Source of the DNA: Perna viridis
Taxonomy: Eukaryota
DNA length: 64,000 nt
Reading direction: 5' to 3'
Assembly (NCBI GenBank): GCA_037379345.1
Contig: CM074511.1
Location: 25,651,171 to 25,715,170 of the forward strand
The notes under the pieces are model-generated. The model worked only from the letters and a program-made list of their open reading frames with translations. It was not told the DNA's origin and did not search any database. Both the position numbers and the translations under genes were made by a program. Shown here in pieces: positions 12,501 to 27,500 of the stretch (within the stretch, counting starts at the first letter, position 1; every line of letters begins with the position of its first letter).

Positions 12501-15500
12501 TGGACAGAAGCTTATTACATGTATGCTATAGAGGGGAATATGATTTAAGACTTGTGCAACTTGAACTTCCTGTTTGATGAATTTTGAAATACTTTGATCA
12601 TATGATATCTGGGGTGGGAGTGGGGGTATCTTTGATTGAATTCCTTTTGAAATTACTTACTGAATTTACATGTTTGTATAAATGTTAGTTTTAAAAAAAA
12701 TCATTGACAGTGTTCCTCTTTTAGAATTCTTGTTATTTTTAATTTTAGCTATGCATTTTCTGGTACCATTACCGCCTATGGGGGTGGGAATGATGACAAC
12801 CTTAACACTGTTAAAGCAGGACCTGGTACAATATACATACAAGATGGCCCTGGTATCAGTCAAATGAACAGATTATGGATCATTGGTAATACAGAATCTC
12901 CAATACAGAAACAGACCCATGCACGTATCTCAGGAACTACAGCTGATGATTTCTACTATAATCTGCTGTCACTCAAAGGTATCCTATTTTTTTTTAATTC
13001 TTTGGTTAGTTTTCAGGTAATAGTTGGACCTCCTCGAGAATGTATCTGAACTGCATGTTTAAGGGTACATAGCTGAAGCCTAGAATGCAAAAGAGATATT
13101 TATTTAGTCTCAAGTTTATTATGTGGTAATCTCCTACAAGGTGAAAGAAAAAGAAACCTTGCTCAAGATGTATAGAACTTACAGTGGAATTTCATTGTTT
13201 TTGTACCGATAGTTACAGCAACTACAATCAATATTTTTTCTCAAATTGGCCGTGTGTCTTGAAAAAAAAACCTACCGGTACTGTCAAAGTCTTTTTTCTT
13301 CAAATAGTCAAAAAAGTTTTTATCTTTCTTTTCAGGTTATTCCCAATCAGATGTAGAAGGCAGTGACACAACTCTGCGTATAGATGAAGTAGATGGGGAT
13401 GATACAGCTTGGATATACATGCAGCACAATCAGATCCTTAAAGCGGAGGTGTTTGAGGGTGAACAGAGACACTTCATTACTAATATCAATATTGACTTAG
13501 GTGAGGATGCTACACTACATGTACCCCTCAACATGACAGTTAGTGGCTGTACAGTCAACCTTAAAGGCAAGGTCACCTTCAATAATCTTATTGTGGAAAA
13601 CGGGGGTAGAGTTATCCTGGAACCAACATCAATGACTGCCAAGTATTCTGGTGGAGTATATGACACAAGTGCTTCACAAGCAGGAGTTTACTCTCTTGGA
13701 TATGTCGGTCTGAAGTATGGTTCAACTTTTTCTCCCTCAGGTGGGCTCCAGCTGATAGTGGTTACCATGGATATAAAGAGATACATTGTCCTTTATTCAG
13801 ATTTTGTAGATCTGAAAATAGCCACTTTTACCATGGAAAGAGGAGCAGAATTGAATGTAGTGGGCAAAGCATTAGAGAGTGAAGCTCCATCTTCTGCACA
13901 TGGTGCCTATAACAATGGTGGTTCTTTCGCCAGTGAGGGAGGTGTTGGTAATAACCATAACATGGACACAACCTCAATGCCTTATGGTTCAATATATAAT
14001 TCTGTTCTACGAGGATCTAAAGGAGGAAATGGAGGTCAAGGTGGAGGCTATATCTCTGTACAGACAGGAACTTTTACTCTTGATGGAATACTTAGGGCCA
14101 GTGGATCCTCATCTACCAGTGGTGGTGGTGGCAGTGGTGGGAGTGTTTATGTATCCTGCACTGATCTGTTGAAAGGGTTTGGACAGATGGAAAGCAGTGG
14201 AGGTGACACAAGTAGTTTCTTAGCTGGAGGAGGTAGCGGTGGAAGGATAGCAGTCTATGCTGAGGAAGATCTATTTACTGGTGTAGGAACATACAGAGCT
14301 AAAGGTGGTGCATCACCAGCAACTAATGGCCGAGGTGGCCCTGGTTCAATTTATACAAAGACAGGCAGTAGAAAAAATGAATATGAAACTCTCACTGTAG
14401 ATAATGAGAATGAACAGACAGTGCATTATCTGACATTAAATGAAAATGAAACTGCTATACTTTTTGACCTTCTAAACATTGAGAGCTATGCCAAGTTACA
14501 AGTGATTGATGATGGAAAGAATCGATATCTAAATGTGAAGAGTGTTAATGGAGATGGAACTGGTTTAATTAGGATGAGACAGAATCAAACTGGAACACTT
14601 GAACGATTCTCTGTAGATGTTTTAATCTCTAAACTTGAAATTAATCTTGAGCTCCATAATGGTGGGGAATTTATACTCTCAGAAACAACAACAATTTTGG
14701 GAAAAGGAACAACTGCTCTTGACTTGGATGGAATTATGAGAGGAGCACTGAACCTTATACTTGGCACAGGAAGACATATGAGATTTGGATCAAATGCCTG
14801 GATTATTCCAATGAAAGCAACTGAGCTCTCGTCACAAGCCAGAGTATCTTTTGCTCTCCTTCAGCTTGACCCAGGAAGCTCTATAGACTATGATGATAAC
14901 ACAGGTGCTGAAATGTTAGTTGGAACACTCAATGCAAAATTCAAGTCAAGTATCACTGCAGACTACTTCAACATTGCTTGTTCTCACCTTAATGTTGAAC
15001 TTGAAGCGAAATTGTCTGCAGCCAGTACTGACCGATCTGGATCAGAAAAAATAGATATTGAAAATGGTAAAGCCATTGGTGACAAAGGAGGTGCTGGTCA
15101 TGGAGGGGTAGGTGGAGGTTCACAGTCAGTTGCTGGTGACTCCTATGGTTCATTGTACAAACCAGTTGATGCAGGAAGCAGACCAAACCCATCAGGTGGT
15201 AAAGGTGGAGGCAAAGTATATCTGAAAGTAGCATTGTCGGTGATAAATGATGGTGAAATATCTGTAAATGGAAGCAGTTCTAATCTTGGTGGTGGCAGCG
15301 GTGGGAGTATCTGGATTGAGACATATTTCATTGAAGGATATGGTGTCTTTTCAACTGTTGGAGGTGATGGAAGTGTAACCTATGGAGCAGGTTCAGCAGG
15401 CCGTATTTCTGTTAACTCTAGCAAAGTAATAGAGTATGAGGGTGAATATCTTGTTTATGGAGGTGCTGCTGGCTCTGATCTCCTCTGTGCAGGTGGAGGA

Positions 15501-18500
15501 ACAGTTTACTTAGAGGACATCAGAAAAGGTGTTGCCTACAGGAGACTTATGCTTGACAATTTTGATAGACCTCTAGAAAAATATTCAACTATAGATGAAG
15601 CTACCCAAACTGAATTTTATTTTGATGAGGTTCACATAATGAGAAAAGCATCTCTTCAAGTTAGAGACAAAGGCATTGACATGTTCATGGATATCAGAAA
15701 GTTATATGGAGATAGGAGTGGACTGCTTCATCTACACAACAAACACCAGTTTATTGTTGAATATGAGCAAGGAATAAGACAAGCTCTAACATCTGGAGTC
15801 AACTTCATCATTGATGACGGTGGTGAAATTATCCTACCTGCAATATCCTACATCTATGGTAAAGGTGTATCAATGACAGGATACACAGAGTCTCGGTCTG
15901 TTCAGATCTATGGCAGGTTCACTGGTGTTGCTGATTTAATCCTCGGATTTGAGACACTTCTTTATATCGGACAAAATGGACATACTGCTATGCTAGGGAG
16001 TGGAACATACACTGAAAAGGGAAGAACATACTTTTACAAAAATGATGATGGTACAACAACTTTTGGCACAGTTGACCTAAGAGCATTTTCAACTATACTG
16101 TATGCACCGGATAAGCCAATGCTCAGCAACATTGGTAGAGTTGATTGCCGCTATAAAGCTACAATTTCTGCAGAAAGCATTTACCTCAACATAACAACCA
16201 TCAACATTGAAGCAGGGTCAAAGGTTACTACATCTGCTAATTATAGACCATTGGATACCCTTGATGAAGCAAATGGGTCTGGACTCAGTGTAAGTACATC
16301 TGATGTTTCAACAGGTGGTGGTCATGCCAGTAAAGGTGGAGCTTTGTACAACCAGGCTGACAAGACCTCAATTAGAGAAGGAGGTGGTTATTATGGAAGT
16401 ATGTATATGCCAGATCTTAGAGGAAGTCGTGGTGGTAGTAGTTTGAATTCTCCAGGAGGTAAAGGAGGTGGTGTAATTGACCTGAAGGTGGCCAAACATT
16501 TGTTGGTTGATGGTGAATTATCATCAGATGGATCTGATGGTGGAACTTTGGCTGGTGGTGGAAGTGGAGGTAGTATCTATACAGAATCTTACAATCTGGA
16601 GGGGCATGGTGTTGTCAGTGTCAATGGAGGGAATGGTGGCTCTGGTGGAGCTGGAGGTAGAATAAGCATCCATCTTGAGACGGAAATTTACTTTCATGGT
16701 AGCTATGACAACCTTGGAGGCTCTGGAAGAAATGGATATCTCTCAGATGGTGGACCAGCCACTGTTTACATCAAGGATACTAGGAATGGACGGAGCTATG
16801 AACAACTTCACCTTGACAATAACAAGAGAACATGGGACCACTATGTAGTTCTTGATGAGCAAGGTAAAACAGATTATTACTTTGATGAATTACACCTTTT
16901 CAAAAATGTCACCCTACAGCTTAAAGAAGATGGAATTAACAGAAGACTTACTGTCATCAAAGTGGAAGGTGATAAGAGTGCCAGATACCATGGAAGGAAA
17001 AATCATGTTGCCTATTTAGAGGAGTATAGGAGTTTGATGAAAACACCAATTAATCTGTGGATAGATGAAGGTTCTGTAGTCTATTTGTCACCACTTGTCT
17101 ATATTCTGGGTCAAGGTGAAATAGCTTTCAGATGGTATGGTGAGATTGTTGGTGTCAGGCATTTGAGAATTGTCCCAGGAAGGAAGATCAATATAGGACA
17201 GATGGCTAGGACCAGTTTTCTGGACAGTGGTGTGTACAAACAGGGTATTGCTGGATGGTTTAGATTTGCCAGCTTAGAAGAAGGGGCAGAGGCTGTGATG
17301 GAACTACCATCTCCAATGGAGCTTAAGCTCACTGTTGGATTTCTGGTAAGTTTTTTTCAATAGTACAAGTGTACATATGTTTTTAGTTCTGTCTCTTAGT
17401 GTGAATAAAGGTTCATAAGTTGAAAGGTCTGAAACTTAATTCATTCCATATAAATGTTATTATATCCCCTGCTTGCAAAGTGTGAGGTATATAGTGATCA
17501 TGCTGTCCCCACCCTATTCATCTGTCCCCTGTTCTAATCCCTCACCTCCTCTCAAGCTCCTTAGTAGAAATTGATGAAACTTTTACACATTTTTTATCAC
17601 ATGATGCCATTGTGCACCTTCTATTTTTTTCCCAATTTTTATTTTATTACTCAAGGGATTTCCTATATGGTCTCTAGGGAAGGGAGAGGGGGTATCACTA
17701 AGTGAGCTCTGCTTACAGATTTTTTACTTTATTTAGTGACATTCAGGTACCAGATTGGAACAAAATAGTAAGAACTAGGAAATAAAGAAAATGAAACCTA
17801 ATTACTTGACTTATTTTTTAAGTACTTCTCCAATAATCTGGCAATTTGTGTACAAAATGTGGCACATGAAGAAAAAATACACAGAGATTTTATTGCATTA
17901 TCCAAGTACTTATACCTCATAACTTCAAGAAATTACTGTTAAAGTGTAAAGTTTGCCTTTTTAGGATATTGATAGGTCAAATTTAGTTGAAATGCACTAA
18001 GGAAAAATGGCAGGAAAATTTTCCTGAACTTTTTCCTTATATAAGCAGTCAAAAAATATCTACGTCACTAATGCTTCAGGATAAATTTAAATAGCTTTTC
18101 AGTTGTTTTCTAGATGTATTTAAATATGTTTGAGGCAAAGAAGACCAAATTGAGAAAAATGATGTACCACTCATTGCCTGATTCATACACAGAATGGTAC
18201 TTAAATTCCTAGATCAGTTACTTGTCTTTTTAAAGTTATATAAAAAAATCTTTCTTTGGAATATTATTTGTTTTTAAGTTTCAATATTAAGCACATAAAA
18301 TGACAGATTTATTTAAGTTTTATTGTCTTCAATTTTAGGACATAAAGTACAGTGCTTTGTTCAAAGCTGATACATTTATGATACAAGCAACAGATTTCTA
18401 CCTTGAGCCATTAGCCAGCTTCCAGTGTATAGCCACAGCACCACTGGGTGGTCCAGGGACACCTTTGGTAAATGCTGCGGGAGCTGGACATGCCACTATT

Positions 18501-21500
18501 GGTGGAGGTTGTAAGTACCATTAATGATACATTGTCTACTGTTAAGTTGGTTATCTTGTGTGCTTAACATTGTTTTATGTGTAGGTTAGAAAAATATCCA
18601 AGTGTCAGTGAAAAGGTGGCATTAAATAGGAGAAATCCTAGGGAAAAAAGTTAGAAAACACATAATTGCAGACAACCAAATTAAAAAACACTCAAACACA
18701 AGCAGCACAAACTCCACCAGAAAAAAAAAAAAAACTATGTTAACTTGGTGTTTATTCTGTAATCCAACTTATTTTTGTGAGAACTTTTTGTAGCTTATTT
18801 GGCAGGCAAAAAATTAACGGATAAAATCAGTGCTTTAAAAGAGTAATCAAGGGAACCGAGTTATAGCAGTAATCAAAAGAATGTAATCCAGGGACAAAGA
18901 CCAGACATGGAAAACAGACATACACAACAAAGAACATAAAGTAACTAAAATCATACATACAAAGTAACACAAGCAAATGAGCAATTCGGACTCCACTAAA
19001 AACTGGGAGCATGGACTAGGTGCACCGGTAGGGTAAGCATCTGCTGCTTTTCTAGAAACACCTGCCGAGTTGCTCATAAAAAGTCAAGTCCAGGGTAGAC
19101 AAACGAGGAAAGGAAAACTATGCTCCGTTGAATAAATCAGTTTTCATGGTGCAGATGGATTTAAAGAATGAAATAAAGAAGGAAGAAGTGTATTTAAAGA
19201 ATACCCTCAGTATGGATTACATTATCCTCGGAGTTGTGAGATACAATAGCAATATTGAATTGCCTTTTGATATCGTTATTTATATTTGAAATAGAGGATT
19301 TTTATCTAAATTTGATTGTGAATAATTTGAAAATTAAAAATGGGTTGCATTCACAGCCCCAGGACAATCAAGTAATGGTGGAGCCGCCTATGGATCATTG
19401 TATAAACCAAATGAGACAGGAAGTCAGGGAGGAAGTAGTACTAGTGGTGATCCAGGAGGTAGAGGTGGTGGCAAGGCTTACATTACAGTGGGAGCTGTAA
19501 TGATTACAGATGGTAAAATTGAAGCTGATGGAGGAGATGCCAGTAATGGTGCTGGTGGTGGTAGTGGTGGCTCCATCTGCATTATTACAGGTATTGAAAT
19601 TTCTGCCTACATTATTTTTGCTGTAATTGCAATGATATTTTGTCTTATTTGTATTATTTTATATTTGGCAAGCATTTATATGATGGTTGAAATAAATGTC
19701 ATTGAAGTCATCTGGAAATGGTAAAAAAAAATTTTGGCTTTGATAAGTTAAGTTACATTGCCTAACCAATGCTGATTGAAACTCTTGTAATAACTGAGAA
19801 TTTTTATACAGATCATAACTTGCTGGTAAAACAAGAATTTCAGAATGTGCTTAAAGTTTTCATACCTTGAAATGATATCTAAGCGTGTTTAAAAAAATCA
19901 TGCAGCTGATAACAATTATAATCATTGAAATTGTGTCTTTATGAAAAAGTTTTAGTGGTAAAAAAGATTCATAGGATAAAAGTAATCATGTATTTTTTGT
20001 TTTTTGAAATGTATGCTTTCATAGTTATGCAAAACTGACATGAAAGAAAACAAAACTTATTTAAAGCAATTTAATATATACAAGGTAGACTGATGTAGCA
20101 GTAACATATGTTTTTTTAAGGTTCATTCAGAGGACATGGTAAACTATCAGCTATTGGTGGTAAAGGACATGATACATCAGGAGGAGGAGCAGGAGGTAGA
20201 ATTGCTGTTCACAGTTCACTTGACAATGAATATGGAGGTCAATTACTAGCTTATGGAGAAAAGGGCTCCACTTCTGGAGACAGGGGTGGTCCTGGGACTG
20301 TGTTTGTTGAGGACAAAACAGGCCTCTTTACATACCAGAGTAGACTATACCTTGACGGGAAGGACTTGTTCCCTCCAAAACCTGTGATTGTGAATGAAAG
20401 AAATCCAAGGATAGTTGCCAATGGTGATGATATTGATAATGATGCTGATCTTAATTTTGACCATCTGATGCTTAACAATAAGGTAGAGTTAATAAAACAA
20501 AATTATTTGATCATCAGCAGATTTATTCGTATGGCCTTAGAAAATAGTTACTTCAAGAGCTATATTAGAACGAATTGTGTCATTTAAAATAGAATTACCA
20601 ATTTTGAATTATACAATTGATAAGAAATCAACACTGAACAGACATTAAGTGAAGTGTTAGGCTTAAAGTCATGCATGTAAATATAGAATTATAGTTACTT
20701 TCAATTTTGTTAACGACAATATCATTTGGGACTTTTCAAAAATTTCAAAATTGAAATTTAGTATTATTCTGTTTATAGGTAATCTTTTATTTAAATTTTA
20801 AAGCAAAAAATCAAGTAGTGCAACCACAAACTATTGATTTGTGACTTCATTTTCATTCAAAGGCCTGGTGATATCACGATCACTCCCAATGTTTTGATGG
20901 ATATTTTTAAATATCTGGCAACAAGATTAAAGAAAAAAGGTACAGATTACCATTTACAAGGAGATGTTATAAATTTGAGGCTGTTAGTATAGGACCATTT
21001 GTATAAGAATTGTGTACTTGAATAGCGGTATCAAAAATACTTCATTTCTAACTTTGTAATTTGTGTTCCAACAGGTCATGTTAGAAATAGCTGATGGAGG
21101 AGATACTATAGATATGATAAACCTTGGACTTGTCCTTGGAGACAAGTCTGGATACCTCCACATCCAGAATCTTCAGAAATTCTATGTAGAGTTTGATAAA
21201 TTTGGTGTTTTGAGATCTTCCCCACCATGTAACTTTATAGTGAGGTATGGAGGTGAATTGTGGGCATCAGCTGACTTCAGACTAATTGGAAATGAGATAC
21301 CGGTTCTTGATCTGGATGGGCACATTGCTGGTGTAATGAATCTGACTCTGGATGAGTCTAGGGTTGTTTATATAGCTGAGACAGCTACAAACAGTCGATG
21401 GATGGGAAGCCAGTATGTTACCTTGCCTGGAGGTACAATTCATTGATTTAAGTATTTCAGAGAGGAATCATTTCTAGCTTACAATAGAGGCTTCAAAAGT

Positions 21501-24500
21501 ATTATTGTTATTCTCAGCTTTTGTGAAAGTCTACAATGTTTCTAATGCATTAAAAATATTCTATTTTTTAAATGTAACATGCTTCATATTTTTAAAGCCA
21601 TTCCTGTGATAGAAATGATTTGTGCTATGTGTCGTTAAAAGATTTTACCAGGATTATATATCAGATGACAAAATGATTGTCATGAACTTCAGTAATAGCT
21701 TTTTAGGTGTTAAATATGGATATTGCTTTTAGGTACCCTTGGATTTGGTCATCTATCAATGGAAGCCAAGGCAGAAATCATCCATGAGACAGTCCTGGAT
21801 CTAGAGGTCTCTGATTTAATGATGAGGTATGATTCCCACATCACTGCTGATAACATCACTATAGCAGCTGGTAAATTACACATGGAAGGAGAGGCTAAAC
21901 TGAATACAACAGGAAGGAGTGTTGTATGGGCATCACCAGGGGATGGAGTGGTGGACAGTAGTGGAGCAGGAGTTGGAGGCAGCCATGGTGGATATGGTGG
22001 TGGTCATGTTCAAACTAACTATTCTACAAGTATGTAAAAGGAAAGGAGGAAACAAAATAATTGTAGAGGATTGAGCTTATTTATGACTACTGGTGTAAGC
22101 ACAAATCTAGTTTTTTTATGAACTTTAGGGGCCTATGAACTTGGACAATATTCAACAAGTACAAAAAGGTATCTGTCAAAACAAATTGGTTTGTAGTATA
22201 GAGGAAAATGAATATGGTAAAATATTTTCATAATTTAGCTTTGATAAACAAAGTCTGTTTGAATTGATTACTTTAGACGATTTGAAAGATTTGAAAACCT
22301 AAAGATTTTTTTTAAATTACATACTCTCTTGTTTTATGCTTCTTCATTTAAGGTACTTGCAAAATTTTGCTCTTCTGTTTATACAGGCAGTTGCTATGGA
22401 TCCTACAAGAAACCTGTACATCCTGGCAGTAAAGGAGGCGGTAACTCAGGAGGCCAAGGAGGAGGTGTTATTGACATAGATGTAGCTAGATACCTTCACC
22501 TGGATGGAATTCTGATGAGTCTGGGTAACAATGCCACAAATGACAACAGTGGTGGTGGCAGCGGTGGGAGCATTCACATTGTGGCTGTAAACTTCTCTGG
22601 ACATGGTCTAGCAACCACAGAGGGTGGCTATGGGCACAACCTTGGACATGGTGGAGGTGGAGGCAGGATAGCTGCTCACGTTTCATGGTTCAGAGAGTAT
22701 ACTGGAGAATACAAGACTTATGGTGGCCATGGTGGTTCAGGAAGAACTGATGATGACAAAAATGGTGCAGCAGGAACTATCTATTTTACCGACTCCAACA
22801 GTCAAGGTCTAAATGCAAAGGAACTTGTTAATACAACAGAAGGCCTAGTTTACAAAGATGGTTTTGTCAAGTTGTACATTGACAATGACAACAGAAATCA
22901 CAAAGCTCCAACCATTATAATGACTGATGATGGAATTCATGACTTTGAGTTTGATGAGTTAGAGGCTAACAACCATGCTGTGCTACAGATATATGGATCA
23001 TCATCAGAACTTGTGGTACATAAATTCAGTGGAGATAGGACTGGGCTGATGCATATATTGGAAGGACAAGTCATTCATGTAGAATACAAAGAATCTACAA
23101 CAGGGTATACAGTAGCTCCAGTAAGCTATAAAGTTGAGAAAGGAACAGAAATTGTCCTACCATCCACAGTCATTATGCTAGGAACCAGAAGTGAACTCCA
23201 TGGTCTAATGACAAATGTACAAAATCTTACCATTGCTGAGGGTGCTGATGTAGAATTTTATTCTACTTCTCAAACAGCACTGAGAGAAAATGGATCATAC
23301 ATACACATGACAAAACCAGGCAACATCAGCCTGACTATATTCACAGTCCAGAGAGGATCTGTTGCTAGGTTTACAGAAACAGAGGCAAATTTAGTGTTGC
23401 AGCTGATCAAGTTCCATATTATGTTCCAGGGCAGAGTTTATATGACTGATGGTACCATCTTCTCAGCAGAGGGTGTAGTAGAAAGTGAAGGTTTTCTGTA
23501 CCTAGACTACATGGGATATGGATCTGAAACAGGACCTGGAAACGGAACAACAGAGGGACCATTGGGTTATGGAGCAGCCCATGGTGGACATGGTGGAGCT
23601 CCCAAACCAAACACTGGTGGCATTCCCTATGATTCTGTCTATGTACCTAAACATGAAGGAAGTGGTGGTGGTAATGGTAAAGGGAGAGGAGGCAGAGGTG
23701 GAGGTTATCTTGTATGGAGGGTCGGAACTCATCTGTGGATTGATGGTGAGGTAACCATGCAGGGAGAGAATGGGCAAGGTCTGAATGCTGGTGGTGGCAG
23801 CGGTGGTGCTATTGTTATTGAGACTCTAAACTTCACTGGATATGGTCATGTTGATTGTAGTGGAGGAAATGGATCAAGCACAGGAAAGGGAGGAGGAGGT
23901 AGTGGAGGTAGAATTGGCATTCTCATTCACTTTGACAGAAGATTTGCTGGCCTTTTGAATGCTTATGGTGGTCATGGATCAGGAGGAATGGAGTCAGGTG
24001 CTGCTGGTACTGTGTATATTGAAGAAACAAACAGGGGACCAGACTATGAGGATATCAAATATGACAAAGTACTGAATGAGACCAATAGGGTTGGTAATCA
24101 TCGTAGAATTTTGATTGACAACAACCATACTGACAAACATCTTTATGTTAATCATGGAGAACCTTGGCTGTATTCAAGTGTTACTGAAGGGGCTACCACT
24201 AATTATGCTTTTGATGAAATGGATCTTCGAGGCCATGCTAATGTAATCTTTGACTACCCACCGTCTGGTGAAGGTGTTGAAGTTATTGTCCATGAAATGC
24301 AGGGTGACTTGACTGGATTGATTCATGTAAGGCAGAAACAAATCCTTTATGTTGAAGTATTCGAATCTGTTTCAAATGAAACTTATGCTCCTGTCAGTTT
24401 CAAAATTGATGCCAAGTCTGAAGTTCAGTTCCCAGAAATTGTAAACCTGGTTGGTCGAAGAAATTGGTTTGCCGGTCTGATCACAGGCATTGAAGAGTTG

Positions 24501-27500
24501 TTGATCCGTAGAGGTGCAGATGTTTTATTCTTCTCTACTGGCCATACTGCTCTCCTTACCAATGGTACAAGATACAGAATGACTACAGAAGGAAATTTTG
24601 AGTGGGCCATTTTGAAAGTGATGAGAAATTCAATAGCTAACTTTATTCAAATTACTAATCCATTGTCAATAACAGTTGCAAAATTCTATGTCAAGTATGA
24701 AGGGCTTCTGTTGATGAACCTTGCCCTTATTAGGTCTAGCTATGGTAGTGTGGAAGCTGAAGGAAAGTTAAACCTTGATGCTGTTGGTAATCCAGCTGAA
24801 AGCGGTCGTGGTGCTGGTTGGACAGTTTCAGGGAAGGGTTGTGGAGCAGGTCATGGGGGTTGGGGTGGTGGGCCATCCCCAGATTTTGGTGGAGTTCCTT
24901 ACAATTCTGTCTTTAAACCTGGAAATGGCACAGCCTATCCCACAATGGAGTACACAGGCAGTGGTGGAGGTAATGGTGGGGGTACAGGTGGGACTGGAGG
25001 GGGATTCTTGGTGTGGGAAATTGGAGATCTTCTTGAACTGAATGGAATCTTGACTTTGAATGGTGGTGATGGTCAGTCAAGCCATGCTGGTGGGGGTAGT
25101 GGAGGTAGTTTGTTGATAACTGCCCTTAACATGTCAGGACATGGGGACATCTACGTTGCTGGTGGTAATGGTGTTGGTGATGGCTATGGTGGTTCTGGGG
25201 GTAGAGTTGGTGTTCACTGTGAATGGAGATATTCATTTGGAGGAACATACCATAACTATGGTGGAAATGGTGGTGGGACATTCGAGTCTGCTAAAGTAGG
25301 TGCTTCAGGAACAACATTCATACAGGAGAATACTCGACCACTTGCTTACAGAAAGAAAAAATATAATTCAGTTTACAACATGACCTATTTTGATGTTGAT
25401 CATAAATACTTGCATACAGACAATCGTGGGAAGTATAGTCCAGCAGAAACATTGATTATGGAGAATTACAAATACAACTATGTGTTTAATGAAACAGAGC
25501 TCACAGGAAGTACTAGACTTAAAATTTACCATCCTAGCAATGCTACCAGAGTTGATGTGGATATTCTAAGATTCATTGGTGACAAGACCGGAGTACTAAT
25601 AATTCAGAATGATCAACATGTGGTTGTTGAAATCACAGAGGCTATATTCAACAGAACTGAAGCACCTTGTGGTTTTGACTTGAGAGCTGGTGGTGAGATT
25701 TACTTGCCTGCAGAAACCCACTTGCTTGGAGCAGATAGTACATTTGCTGGTTTGATAACTGGTGTGGCCAATTTATTTGTTGAAGATGCCACAGACATTG
25801 AATTCCACTCAACTGCATACACTGCACTGGTTGAAAATGGCACATACTACAATGTGAAAGAGGAAGGAAACTTTGCTTGGGACACATTTACAGTTAAGAA
25901 TGGAGGAACTGTTGGCTTTTTGAAAATCACCAAAGCTATGCACATTTGGAACAGTGAAACTAGGGTAAAGTATGGTGCCAACCTGTATATGAATGATGCC
26001 ATCATAGATTCATCTTATGCTTGGATTGAGAGTCGGGGAATTTTACATCTGAATGGTCATGGACATAAGCCAGAGGAAGGATTAGGTGCAGGAAGAACTA
26101 TAAGTAGCCAAGGTTATGGTGCTAGCCATGGTGGTTATGGTGGTGGGTCCAATCCATCCTTACCAACAGAACCTTACAATTCAGTATATGACCCTGCAAT
26201 ATTTGGCAGTGGTGGAGGTAATGGGAGTGGAGTAGGTGGCAATGGAGGTGGGCTGCTTCTATGGAATATCAGTCAAAGGATGGAACTGAATGGTTTACTT
26301 GCTCTACAAGGCAATAATGGGCAATCTGGCAACAGTGGTGGTGGTAGTGGTGGAAGTATCAACATGTTTACCACAAACTTTACAGGACATGGGGAAATCA
26401 ATGTTAGAGGAGGAAATGGTTCTGGTTCAACAGGTGGAGGGGGTTCAGGAGGCAGAATTGGTGTTCACTGTAGATACAGGTACAGCTATGGAGGAAAGTT
26501 CACCAACCATGGTGGTGATGGTGGCAGTGCAGCAGAACTGACTCATGGTGGAGCAGCTGGAACTACTTTTGTCGAAAACAACTTCAGACCTTTAGAGTAC
26601 AGAATACTGAAGTACATGAAAGGTACAAATAATACCTACCTTCAAGTTGATCACCGTTATCTTCACATTGACAATGATGGTAACTTGGTCTCTGTCCCAA
26701 CAGTAATTATGGTAAATGAAACAACTGACTATGAATTTGATGAGGTTGAAATAGCAGGATTTGCAAGAGTAATAATTTACCATCCTAATAAACCTGTTCA
26801 AATCATTATCCATAGGTTTATTGGTGATCGTACAGGACAGCTGCATCTAAGAAGTCACCAAAAAGCGATTGTTGAATATGTTGAATCTATCAGAAATGTC
26901 ACTGAGGCACCAGTGAGCTACATTATTGACTATGGAAGTGAAATTGTGTTCCCAACAGAAGTTCACATGCAGGGCATCAATACAATAATAGATGGATTGA
27001 TGACAGGGGTCCACCATTTCTACATTGAGGATGGCACTGTTGTCAGTGTATCATCAACCTCTCAAACTGCACTACTTGATAATGGAACATATGTTTTTGT
27101 CTCAGAGGAAGGCGATTTCGCACTACCAACCATCAACATCAAGAAACTTGGAACTTTAGAGTTCAGAAAAATTTTGACAGATTTCACTATTACAGCATCC
27201 TTTATGGAGGTAAAATACCAAGGAACAGTACTTATGAATCATGGTTACATGGATCTAGGGGCCTTTGACATTGAACCAGAGGGAGAATTGAACCTTGATG
27301 GTAGAGGCCATGGCCCAAGTACAGGGCCAGGAGTAGGTAGTGGCTATGCTGGCGGTAGTTATGGAGGTGTTGGAGGAGGGTCTGATGACTCTCACCCATA
27401 TGGATCTGTGTTTTCACCTATGGACCTTGGCAGTGGAGGAGCTGGATCTAACAGTGGATCAGGTGGAGGTTTCCTCAAAATGATGGTTGGTAGAAATATC

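Noticed and set aside
18827-19077. ORFs 18827..19012 and 18847..19077 (also 35594..35809)
   Set aside because: Spurious translations of the family A retroelement 3' UTR.
19591-19724. Hydrophobic TM-like tail of ORF 19398..19724 (ISAYIIFAVIAMIFCLICIILYL)
   Set aside because: It lies after the GT donor at 19591 in T-rich intron sequence. A membrane-anchored intron-retention isoform cannot be excluded without RNA data, but nothing in the sequence supports it.
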